A stretch of DNA of 56,312 bases, filler included, from Basidioascus undulatus (Eukaryota), in the NCBI GenBank assembly GCA_000826855.1. It is 4 parts of 4 records of this genome, joined end to end, with 100 filler letters (N's around TTAATTAATTAA, not from the genome) between each part and the next. Parts side by side here need not be neighbours in the genome. Positions count along the whole stretch, not along the records: positions 1 to 14,008 come from JTLS01000762.1; 3 more parts are not named here. One strand, given 5' to 3'. Position numbers and translations under genes: made by a program. The notes under the pieces were generated by a model that saw only the letters and a list, made by a program, of their open reading frames with translations, did not search any database and was not told the origin of the DNA. Of this stretch, positions 1 to 11,472 are shown in pieces. Numbering within the stretch: position 1 is the stretch's first letter; the number at the start of each line of letters is the position of its first letter.

Positions 1-209
1 CGTCAGCGATATCCTCCCCTGCGAGGGGGTCCTCGTTGAAGGCGACGGCCTTCTTCTTCTTCTTCTTCTTGAGGCCGACGTCGAAGCCAAACTCGTCGAC
101 TTCGGCCGTGGGCTGGGTGGCGGTGGGGTCGGCTTGAGGGTGGGGAAAGGGATATCAGCATTGAGGGCGGAAGATGGGCGAGGGAGGAAGGCGGTGGCGG
201 ACCAGACAT
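1..209 (-). CDS. SUI3: Translation initiation factor eIF2 beta subunit, 5' part (runs off contig end)
   Basis: ATG at 209-207, intron ~202-133, then MSADPTATQPTAEVDEFGFDVGLKKKKKKKKAVAFNEDPL: the first lysine box and FD..LKKKKKK..VAF.EDP pattern of fungal eIF2-beta. Confidence 0.75.
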
Positions 210-585
210 GGTGAGTGTGGGTGGGGAGAGCGGGGTGGCGATGGACTGGATCAAGAGTGTAGACTCAGATGCGCGGGTGCTGCTGCCGAAGGAGTGTGAG
301 CGAGCTTTTGAAAGAGTCAGACGACGACGGTGGTGGTGAGCGCGAAAGCGAGCAAGCCGGTCGCGTTTCTCCAAGTCTTCGGCCCGCGCACTTTGTGAGT
401 CAATTCAAGCGTCACTACAAGCCACCTGCTATGCTACCACTTTCGCGAAACAGATTACATAACCCGCCGGCCGTCTGCCCGCGAGCGCAGGCTCTGGCTG
501 GCGCCTTCTTCGCCCGACCAACTCCTCGCGCTCCCCACCGTCGTCAGCCTTGATCCCTACCCTCATCCGCTCCCTCACCCTCGCC
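210..585. promoter_or_regulatory. Short divergent promoter region between eIF2-beta and ATP3
   Basis: Start codons point away from each other, 376 bp apart; inferred from geometry only. Confidence 0.5.
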
Positions 586-1828
586 ATGTTCCGCCAGGCC
601 GCCCGTCCCGCCGTCCAGGCCGCCCGCGCTGCCGCCCCCGCGGCCCGCGACTTTTCCGCGTCCGCGACCCAGAACGCGACCCTGCGTGAGATCGAGGGCC
701 GCCTCAAGTCCGGTGCGTTTCTTGCGCGCATGGGGCAGCGCGAAGGGCAGGATGGATGGATCGCGGGCTGATGTGCGGTGCGGGATGAAAATGGGGGAAC
801 AGTTCGTAACATTGAGAAGATCACCAAGGTTAGTAGGGGATTCTGTGCAGGATACTGGTCATGGGCGGGCACTTGCGCGCGCAAGGTCGAGGAGCGCAGG
901 CGCAGGGGCTGCCTTCGCGCTCGCTCTCGAAATGACGCCTTCTCGGCCATCGCAACTCGGACATTCCTGCACTCCCGGGAGGCTCTGCAGAACACGGGGA
1001 GCATTGCGCACCCGAACCATTCGAATCATCGTCGTCCCCGACGTTCACATAATCCGGAAACCAGCACATCCTCACTTGCACACCCACATTCAACCACGCA
1101 TCCCCTCCCGTACTCGATGCTGACTTCCCGCCCTCACACGCCGTCGCCGCAAACAGTCCATGAAGATGATTGCCTCGACCAAGCTCGCGCGTGCCCAGCG
1201 TGCGATGAACACTGCCAAGGTCTACGGCGAGTCGAACCAGGGTGCGTCTTCCTTTTGTCTCCCCCTCTCATCCCTCACCCCCATCCCCTCCCCCGTCCCA
1301 TCCTCCTCACACACCCGCTCCCCCTTGCCCGCGTGCAGAGCTCTTCAAGAACGCCGAGGCGAGCGAGGCCGAGGGCGGGAAGAAGCTCTACGTGACCATC
1401 TCGTCTGACTCCGGTCTCTGCGGCGGTATCCACTCCGGCCTGACCAAGTACACCAAGCGCGCGATCGCCGCCGAGGGCGGCGACGCCGAGACGGGCCTCG
1501 TCGTCGTCGGCGACCGCTCGCGCAACCAGCTCCAGCGCTCCAACGCCCAGAACCTCCGCCTCACCTTCAACCAGATCGGCAAGCAGGTCCCCACGTTCGG
1601 CGACGCTGCGGCCATCGCCGACACCATCATCAAGAGCGACGTCGAGTTTGACCAGGTGTGTGTGTGGGATGCGGGGTGGAGGGACGCTGCGCTGTGTCTG
1701 GTGGGCTGAGACGTCTTTTCTCGACGGCCCCACGCAGATCAACATCGTGTACAACAAGTTCGTCTCGGCCATCTCGTACGAGCCCGCGGTCTTCAAGGTC
1801 TTCAACGAGCAGGCTCTTGTCAATGCCC
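586..1828 (+). CDS. ATP3: Mitochondrial ATP synthase F1 gamma subunit, 3'-truncated
   Basis: Exons 586-712, 803-828, 1157-~1241, ~1339-1656, 1738-1828 give presequence + [38 protein letters not shown]...SSDSGLCGGIHS...YNKFVSAISYEP. The conserved C-terminal helix exons are not found downstream. Confidence 0.93.
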
Positions 1829-1901
1829 GTTCGTCCCATTCCCCACCCTCTCCACCCCGTCATCCTCACCGCCCCCACCAACCTTCCCCGAAGCAGCGTA
1901 C

Positions 1902-1981
1902 CAGTTGACCGTAAAGTCAGGGTTGAAAAAGCCCGTCTCATCGGCAACCGCCGTATTATTCGCGCTGCAGTACCGGACCAT
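1902..1981 (-). CDS. Isolated first exon, possibly of an OST-alpha/TMEM184 (DUF300) family gene
   Basis: ATG 1981, MVRYCSANNTAVADETGFFNPDFTVNW, then a good GTACGC donor at 1901-1896, with a pyrimidine-rich leader upstream. Resembles my recollection of basidiomycete OST-alpha N-termini; family call unverified. Confidence 0.45.
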
Positions 1982-2556
1982 GACAATGTGGCCCGAGCGG
2001 CGGGTATATCGATCGAAATTCGAGCGTCAGATGAGGGGTTGAGATTGAGCGAGCGGAGCTGTCCAGCAGCGAGAGGGTGAGCAGGGAAAAGTAAGCGATG
2101 GTGTTGGGGATGATGAGGTTAGGAACAGAAGACGAGGTGGTCGAGGAGGCATTGAAATGCGCAGTCGTTCCCGGACCGCGACTTAAATTAGCTCGCCGCG
2201 ACGCGTTTTCTTTTGACAAAAAACAACACGTTCGGCATTGGTCTTGACAGCAGAGTCCAGACATTGTCCGATTGATTCCTTCATAGATATTTTCAAGATT
2301 ATTGACTTCATATCCTCCCCAACACCGCTCATGCCCAGCGCTGGAGTACGGCGTGTGTGCGGGGCTGCGCTCGATGTTAGCCGGCCGATGAAAGCTGATC
2401 CGGGGATTTCTTTCGCATACCATCGCTCGAGATTGATATGATCTGTAATATGTAATTCAGACCCACATTGAAAATCAGAGGATCCGATCCAATCCATCCT
2501 CTCTTGCAGGGCACTAGCATACCTCAATTCCGTCTGTCCATCTGTCCGTCTGCCCA

Positions 2557-5114
2557 TCACCCATCCCCATTGCCGCCCGCCAGTTTCCTCACCGCCCTCC
2601 TTACCCACGCCCTGCCCGACCCCGAACTCGTGGGACTGATCTCCTCATAGCTTCTCCCGAGCCTGAACCCGTCCTCGTCATCGTCGTCCCCATACCCATA
2701 CCCGTCCTCCCTGATCCCAACCCCGCTCGCAGTGCTGCCCACCGTCAAGCTCCGCGCGCCGAGCGCGACGCCCGCCCGCGCGAGGGGGGCGGTGGATGTG
2801 GACGCAGAGGTGGATGCGCTCCGCGCGAGGGGCCGCGGAATGGAGGCGGGCGCGGTGTACGGATCCGGGTACAGGTCGGAGGAGGTGGTGGTGGTGTTGG
2901 AGTGGGAGGGGCCGGAGCAGAGTGCGATGGGCGCTGCATGCGCTATTGTGCTGTAGAGCTCGGTAAAAAGGTTCAAGGGCGCGATGCGCAGGTGGAGCGT
3001 GTAGGATACGGAGATGTTGCCGCATGCTGTGTGTCGAGCGCACGAATCTTCGCCCATCAGTCACGCACTCTCCACCGTGCATAGAGACAGAAAGACAACA
3101 CTCACAGAAGCTCGGCATGAGCTCCTCCAGATCCGGCACCTCCCCACTGAGCGTTCTCCGCACCTCCCCATTTTCCGCCTCCTGCTCCTCCCCCCAGTCC
3201 CGAACAGCCCCGCGCGCCTTGATGCGCTCGTGGACCGCACGGCGCTTCCCGACATTCACCTCGATCCGCTGAAGAAGGTGCACGTCGATCGCGCAATTTT
3301 CGCCCTGCGTCTGCAGCTGCGCGCTGCTGCTCGGCTGGCGCTTGGAGGAAGAGAGAGCGGGCGCGGAGGGGGAGGGGGAGGGCGGCGAGGCATAGACCCG
3401 CAGGAGAGGTGGGTGCGCGGTCGTCAGGGTTAGGCGGAAGGGGAGTGGGTCGGTGCGGGAGAAGGAGGGTGGGTCGGCGAAGGAGACCTGGGTCGGTCGC
3501 GGAGCGGAAGAAGAACTCCGTAAGTCTCTGTGGACACGGCAAGAAAATATATAAAAAAGCGCACGAGACAGGATATGCTGGAGGGATCGCCGCGCATCGA
3601 GTTGCCCGGGCGCGTCGGGGTGGAGCTGTACATTGGCGTCGGGGACGGGGGGCGACTGACAGGGTTGTACAAAATTGGCATGGAGACGCTGTTGAATGAG
3701 AAATGTAACATCAGCACCATGCGATGGGAGAGGTGAGAGAAGGGTTGGTTGGCACGGACGTCTTACCCAGCCGCAGCCCGTGGCGCTGCAGCTTGGCGAA
3801 GACGCGGTACTGGATCTCGCCTGTGAACGCTCCATGAGCGGGGACCTGCACGTTTTCACAACGTTTGTCAGCTCACCACAGACTTCATGAGACGGTTAGC
3901 GTAGGATGACGCACGAGGTATGAAGGCGGGAGGACGCTCGCGGGCCAGCCTTCCCACGGGTTGGAGTACGTCGGGAGCGTGAGCGTGAAGGGGTATCGGT
4001 TCGGCGAGGACGAGTGGGAGGTGGGCGGGTGGACGGAGTGTTGGGGCTCGGAAGGGGGCCAGAGTACCTGGAGGTTCGGGCGTCCGTTAGGAGTGAGGAG
4101 ATGGAGGAGTGGAAAAGACGCACCTTTTCTTGCCATACCAAAGTTCGCTCTTCCGCTAAACCTGTCACGCCACGCTCAGACAACGTGGTGGTACATCGGC
4201 CTTCCAAGACGACCACGACACGCTTGACCTATGGTGTGCGGAGAGAGATGGTGTCAGTACCGCGGCGACCCTTCACAGTACGCCTTCAAGCTGCCCCGCC
4301 CCAGACGCTTCCCATCTCTAGCACTCCAGGCTTCCCCCCATAGTCGCAGACGCACCTTATCTATCCGCTCAAGCTCAACATGACCATGGATCTGCGCGTT
4401 CGCCCCGAAGACGGGCACGAACTGGCTTGCGCCCGGGCGGAGGAGGGTCAAGCAGAGCGGGCTCGACTGAGCGGTATATGAGAGTGGTGGCGCATGCGTC
4501 TCCTCAGGGCCGCTCGAGACGGGCGAGGGGGTGGGCGGCGGGAGATAGGTCGAAGGGGAGGCGGTGAATGTCCGCGAGTAGGGCTGATGTGCTGGGGGAG
4601 AGGTCGACTTCCTCGAAGGCGTGCTTGGCCAGGCCGTCGAATACTCGCCCACCCACGGCGTGATACCCGAAGATGAAGGCGCCGGTGATGATACGACGGA
4701 CGCGGACCCGCCCAAGCTCATCGCCGCGACCTGAGCGTGGAGGCTGCTTGGCTCGCTCGGGCGCCTGAGCACCTGGACGTCCGCAGCTCCCGCCCCTCCA
4801 ACTGAAGAGGGACTCCTCGACCCCGATGCAGCTTCGTACGTATACGGGGGGCTTGCGTCATGAGCGTGGTGCTGCTGCTGGGCAGCATGGGCGAGGAGGA
4901 GCGCCTCGAGATTGGGCGGCGTGGGCGATATGGGCGTGTACTTTGGCGCAGGGGTGTGGGCCCCTGAGGGGAGGTCGTCGGGCCCAGTGTGGAGTCGGAG
5001 TGGAAAGCGATGGGTTGGGGCAAGGTGGGCGGGGGCGGGTGCTGGAGGAGAGGAAGACGTGGGGATGGGAGGCAGCGGGCGTGAGGCGCGTCGTTGAGGC
5101 GGGTTCGAAGACAT
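2557..5114 (-). CDS. Arrestin-fold-like protein with long Pro/Ser-rich N-terminus (multi-exon)
   Basis: ORFs 4254-5117, 3885-4216, 2678-3859 and 2557-3057 link through GT-AG introns; motifs IHGHVELE, VVVLEG, YPFTLTLP...LPPSY, IQYRVFAKLQR, ISVSYTLHLRI. One junction near 3540-3575 unresolved. Confidence 0.55.
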
Positions 5115-5827
5115 CACCGCCGACGGTGTAGGCGTCGGTGCCGTGAAAAATAATGATCAGGATCCGATGGATAGCTCAAGCGTGGAGGCTGAGGAAAAGA
5201 GACAAAGAATGGTGATAAAGGTCCTCAAGGAAAAAGCGTCTTCGGGCAAGCAAGCTGCCAGGGGCCGCAAGCTGCAGGCAAAGACGGGCAGGGTCCACAC
5301 ACGGCAAGGCACGGCTGCGTACCTAGTTTATGTCATCGGATCAAAGGTGATAAGACGTTGAAACACGTGTAAACCGGCTGCAGGAGGACCAAGTAGGCGG
5401 AGCTGCACTCTGCCTTTGCTCTCTGGCTCGCCGCTCTTCTTATGGACGATGCGACAAGGTGCCGCACGGTCTTGGAACTGGGAACATGGGAATGGAGCAT
5501 GATAGGGCCCGGAACCAGCGCACGAGTATGGCAGAGACACCTTTCTCGTGGGTACGCTCGGACATCGCATCGAGTGTATATGGCATCATGTCAGACAAGA
5601 CGGCCACCGACCTCTGTGCACTGGATCTCAGAGGTCCCCGAAGTACAACTTCAAATTTTCAGTGCCATGCCAGAACCAAAGCCGCCACGTTGGACACAAA
5701 GCTACGGGTCCGCGACGCCAGCATGCCCGCGATCAGTCTGACCAATTCCGTCGGACCTTGCAACTATTCTCATATCCACATTCTAGACATCATAAGATCA
5801 CGCAAATCTAAAATATGCATGATGAAT

Positions 5828-8800
5828 CTACACTTTCTCGTCCGGCTCCGAGGCCTTCTGGGGCACCAGGTGTGCCGGCGACCACCGTCGCTCCAAGGGG
5901 GCACGAACGAACTTCCAGGTCTCGGCGTCTGGCACATCACGGTGGACATGAGCCCCAGAACGAATCAAAACAGTAGAATATTGAAGCTTACAGATCAGGT
6001 ACAAAATGATGTTACTGCGTAGAACCGGGTTAGCGGCGCAGCTGAACAGTGAAAACCGGCCGCGGACGCACATGACGATGATCGCCCATTCCCATGAAAT
6101 GCTCTTGTGCTTGAAGACGATAGTGTTGAGTTTAGGGATGTAGATGATAGGCTGTTTTCACATGTCAGCTTCACGTATTCGTTGGCCGACACCCAGAAGA
6201 GCAGCTCACGAAGACGGTCGCGCCCAGGACCACGCAGGACCACAGCAGGAACGGGTTATTGCGGAGGCCAACGCTGAAGAGCGAGCGGCCGAGGTGCTTG
6301 CACTGTTTCGTTGGCCCGAATTAGATATGAACACACGAGAGAAATATTGGGGAAAGTCTCACCTCTAACGCGTGAACGAGCCAGACTGCGTTACAGAGCC
6401 GCAGTCAGCATCGATCATGACGCGTGCAAAACACATGTGCGCACCAAGCGTGAGCGCGACAAAGACGGTCCCACGGGCCTCTGTGATTACATTGTTGACA
6501 AGTCTGAGCTTAAAGCAAGGTAGACTAAGTCGACTGCATGACGCACCGTAGACCAACTTGCAGCTGTCGTTGTACGGTCCTGCGTTGCAGTCGTGTCCTA
6601 GCTCGCCGTTTCCGAATGCGAACTAAATTGTGGAAGTCAGTACCCATTTAGATTTGGCATCCAGCGAGCTCAAGTGAACCCACCAACACAAGAGCCCAGT
6701 CAACGATGAAAAGAACGCCCAGAATCCACCCGTAGCTGAAAATGTCAGCGAGGTAAATCCTGGTGCTGTGTCGGTCCATTCCTTGCATGTCAGTTTTCAA
6801 TTATAGCCTATGCGAGCGGATTGACGGACAACATGGACTTGAAGAAGAGAGGTGAGCGCCGCATAGAGTCCACCGGTGCCGGCTCCAGACCCAATGCGAA
6901 CGCGGGCGGCCCGACGGTTGCGAAGATCTGTTCGACACCGCAGGTGAGTGCTACTCCACCAAGAAGGGACTGCGAGTGACGGACAAGGTAGAGAATCCCA
7001 ACAGTCGAAGCTGGAAAGATTTGCATCCCATCGTCGTCCTTGATCGCCAGAGCAATGAGCAGAAGGAAGGGGACGCTGACGTTTCCTGCAGTGCGTTGAA
7101 CGGGAAGGAGGGAGAGCATGAGCTTCAAGGAGCGGAAAGTTTTGAGATGATGACGAGCCTGCAAGCATGTAGGACATGAAGTTGGAGAGATTGATGAAGA
7201 CTGCACGTCCCTCACGAACGGCTGTCAAGATCGTTGCAAAGTTGTCGTCGGCGAGGATGATGTCCGAAGCTCTAAACCCAGCCAGCGATCAGCAACCTCA
7301 ACATTTACGTCCCCTTAGAGTGCCAAGTTGTGGCCCACCCTTTGGCAACGTCCGACCCTGGTTGAATTGAGAAAGTTCCGTCAACACCTCTCTCTCGGAG
7401 CGAGGCTGAGGGGCGAACGCAGAATACGCACCGGCTTTGCCCATTGCAAACCCGACATCGGCGCGCTTCAGGGCTGGCGAATCGTTCACGCCGTCGCCGG
7501 TCATGATGACCAAGCGGTGCCGGCGGTGAAGGGCATCGACGAGGTTGACCTTGGTCTCCGGAGCGCAGCGGGCGATGACCACTGGAAGCTCGGGAAGCGC
7601 GTCGATTTCGGCGGAGGAGAGCGCATCGAACTGTGCGCCTGTTAAAAAACACCAAAGCGTTCAGGACCTGACTCTGAAAGAAGCATAGCTGCAGGTGCAC
7701 ACCGGTCATCACAGCTCCTGCGCCATGGTGCGGCTGAAGAATGCCCACAGTCCTGGCGATTGCTGCAGCCGTGGCGGGATGGTCGCCCGTAGCCATGCGC
7801 TGAGAGAACGATCTGTAAGATGCTTTGTAGAAACCCGAAAAGGAATGCCGCACGCACAGGAATGATGCCTGCTGAGTGCGCAAACTCAACGGCTCCTGCA
7901 GACTGTGCACGAGGAGGGTCACTACGAAGCAGGATCAGTTAGTATCACATTCAAGAAAGCAGGACGTGCCGTAGCGCTCACTAGATTCCAACGAGTCCGA
8001 TGAAACACATCTCCTTCTCAGTCTCCTCACGTTTCAGCTGTCCAGCAGTTGAAGCCTCTTCTGGCGAGAGTGGGCGGCAAGCGAGCGCGAGGACGCGCAG
8101 GCCTTGCCGCGCAAGCTGTCGAAACAGATCAGAATGGACATGGCCGAAAAGGTGGGCCTTGCGCTCGTGGCGTACCTCGTCCATTTTGGTCATGATCTTC
8201 TCCGTGAACTCAAAGTCAAGCGGTCCCTTCGAGTCCCCGACGCCGAGGGAGGTGCAGCGCTCCAGAACACGCTCGACGGCGCCCTTCATGTCTGAGAAGC
8301 GTTCCGCATCAGCTTTCTGCCATTCGGAGGCCTTATCAGAACTACGCTTACAAGCGACGGCCGAAGTGTCGTCGATCACTTGCGGAAGCTTCCAGATGGT
8401 CGACATGCTGGTGGGTGGCGGGACAGTCAGTTGGCGGTGCTGCTGTGCTCATGCGGACAGTATCGGCCTCATACCGTTTGCTCGAGGAGTCGAAAGGATG
8501 TTCAACCACTGTTATGTGGTGAACCACAGCAAAGTGAAGAAACTCGAGGAGGCTCAGACTTACAGAGCTCGAAGGCCGTCCCGACTTTGGCCTCGGTCGT
8601 CAAGCCGGGCTTTCCCAAGCCAAGGCGGTGAGCAAAGACTTGCAGCGCAACCTGCCCATCGGCCATTGAATTAAGCAAGAGCTTTGCATTTCAGCAAGCA
8701 TAAGCAGACGCACCTCAGTCGGATCCCCGTTACTTTGCCAGCTATCGTCCTCCCCATCGCCGGGGAAGACGGTCGCCATGTTGCAGAGCGCCGCGCATTC

Positions 8801-10768
8801 GGTGAAGCGCTTGAGCTCGGGGTCAAGCGTTCCAGGCAACACTGGCCCACCGCCGGAGGCAGAGACGACGCCGCCGTGAGGGTTGTACGGGCTGTCGATA
8901 CACAGTCAGAACCGCCTGGAGAAGCCAAAGCAAGCAAAGGGCTTACTCGTTGCCATTGCTGACATCGTACAGCTTGCCTCCGGGCTCAGCGGTGGTCCAG
9001 GGAGTCCACACCTTGCTGGTGACCATGCGGCCGACCGTGATCGTGCCAGTTTTGTCGGAGACGATGTCGTCTACGGCTGCGACGGTTTCGATAGCATCCA
9101 TTCGGCGCACCAGGGCGTTTTGCTTGGCAAGCGTGTTGGAAGCGACCTGTGCAGCAAAATGCGCATCAGCACTTAACTTTCATGGCCTTCCTCAAGTACA
9201 CTCACAGCCAGAGTCAGCGATACAACCGCAGTAAGAGACGCAGGGATTAAGCCTATCGCTGTAGCCACAGCGTACCTGCGATGAAGATATCAGCACGACG
9301 AAGGTCGCATAGAGAGACGCTGAAAGCGACGTACAGACCGAGCGAGGAGTTGACGCCCTTGAAACCGGAGGAGGCGATGACGATAAAAGCGCAGAGGATA
9401 GCGAAAGACAACAACCAGTACGCAAGCTTGTTCTGCAGACCAAATCGGAAAGTAAGACATACGAGCATGGCCTGCGCTGCTGGATACTTACCAGCTTGAT
9501 CTGCAACGGCGACGTGCCTTCGATGCCCAGCTTCGTCCGGATTGTTTCGAGGAATTTGGCCCAGCCGACCTTGTCGGACTCGGCCTTCGAATCGAGAGCG
9601 TCCGCAATGCGACCGAGCTCCGTGTACATTCCCACCGCCGTGACGACACTGGGAGCATAGAATCGTTAGTACCATCGTGATTGCGAGAACCAATCCACAG
9701 TGGGAGAGGCGGTTCATACCAACGTGCGCGTCCTTTGGTGACGATTGTACCAGAGTAAACCTATGCCGTTATAGTATTCAGTTACATCTGAAACACAGTG
9801 GGACTCTTAAATGAAAGGCTTACGAGGTTAGTCCGATCGCCGATGGGGACGTCGGCTTTGTCGATGGGGTCACAGGTCTTGGACACAGGCAGCGACTCGC
9901 CAGTGAGCAGCGCCTCGTCCGTCTCCAGGTTGCACAGGTAGCCCGGAAGTATACGAGCGTCTGCAGGAATGACGTCGCCGCTGGTTGACGTGGTCAGCTG
10001 GGTGGTCAAAAAGCATGATCTCCGAGAGACACACTTCTTCACAAGAATGATGTCGCCCAGCACGACGTCTTCGGTCGGTATCTCCATCGCTCGACCTTCA
10101 GCACCCCCATCGCTCGGGTCATGGCGGGTGACGGTGGCCATAGGTGATCCCCTATATTTTGAAATGTGATCAGCAGTGCTTCAATGGAAGATCTTCAGGA
10201 TTCGTTTACACTGAATCGAGCGCGGCCACAGTCTTCTCGGCCTTCCACTCTTGCGACCAACCGGTGTACTGCAAGCCCCTCGAGGGATTTATTAGGTTCC
10301 GTACCATGCGATGCGGAAGACTCGTAGCTCACCGTATTGAGCAGAATCAAGAACGCAATGACGCCTCCAGAGATCCAGTCCTTGGTCGCGAAGGAAACGA
10401 TCTGTGGGTGCAAACCAACGCGCGAACATACATCTGACATGAACATGGAATATCGCGCAAACTTGACATACCATAGCAGCGATCAGGACGATCGTCAGGG
10501 CATTCAAAATCTGACGAAGAAGGATGGCTAGCGAGCTCGGCCGCTTCGGCGGTCGAAGTCGGTTCGGTCCATGCTCAGCGAGGACCTCGGCTGCGCGCGA
10601 ATGTGTTTGTCCCCGAAGAGGATCGACACGATGAAGTTCGAGAACTTGAGTCGCTGGCAAGGTGTGCGGCAGGGCCGCGGGCGCTTCGGGTGAAAGAGCT
10701 GCGACAACGGGCTGAGCCCGCTCCGCGTCGATAGTCTTCTCTACGTCGACCGTCTCGAACGAACCCAT
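5828..10768 (-). CDS. ENA1: ENA-type (P2D) Na+/K+-exporting P-type ATPase, many introns
   Basis: [19 protein letters not shown], phosphorylation motif DKTGT (9056-9042), [40 protein letters not shown]-terminal [22 protein letters not shown]. Confidence 0.9.
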
Positions 10769-11472
10769 TGTGCGTTAGTTATTTGCGTTCAGTTTGGAGG
10801 CCAGAAGAGGCTGGGTCGACCGAGGTAATGTAGCAAGCACGAAGCGTTATCAGTTTTGAGGCCTGCGCGTGAAGCGCGGTACGCGCGGGTCTTCACTTTC
10901 TTGGCGTAACTGGGCCGAGCGAAGGGAACAGGAAAAGGCCGAGCTGCAAACCGAAAATAAAATTTTGATGTGATGCAGCCTAAAGGTTGCAAACACAGAA
11001 GAGAATACAGACAAAAAGACTTGGTCGTGTTGCCGTAGCCGCAAGCACGCAGTCTGAGGAGCGCAGTTGCCGAACGTCGACGCACAGTACCCGTCCAAGG
11101 CCCGCCCTCGCGGGAGGAATGGTTCTCAAGACCTCCATGCATTCGAGCTTCTGCGGGCGTCAGTGTTCCAGTGTTAACAGGTCCGTTGCGACCCTTTTTG
11201 AATGCGTGCTACCCGAAAGTCGGTGGGCCTCACTCCTTGTCGTACGTGTAAAGCGCAGGATCCCGCCCAGCATGGACAAAACATTCGATGATCAATTCTC
11301 TGAGGCTACGAGGATCCCACCTTGTCGAAGCTGGGTTAATAACCAATACACGCCAAAATGGCGTCCGCATCCTAGGCTCACAGACACCCGATCCGCAAAA
11401 AGGCAAAGCAAGTTAAGCGACCGACCGACACCCTCGCCTCCGTTGGGAGCCCCATCCTGATCCTGCAGTCAC

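Noticed and set aside
829..1156. TPP riboswitch in ATP3 intron
   Set aside because: No CUGAGA core or other TPP aptamer consensus visible.
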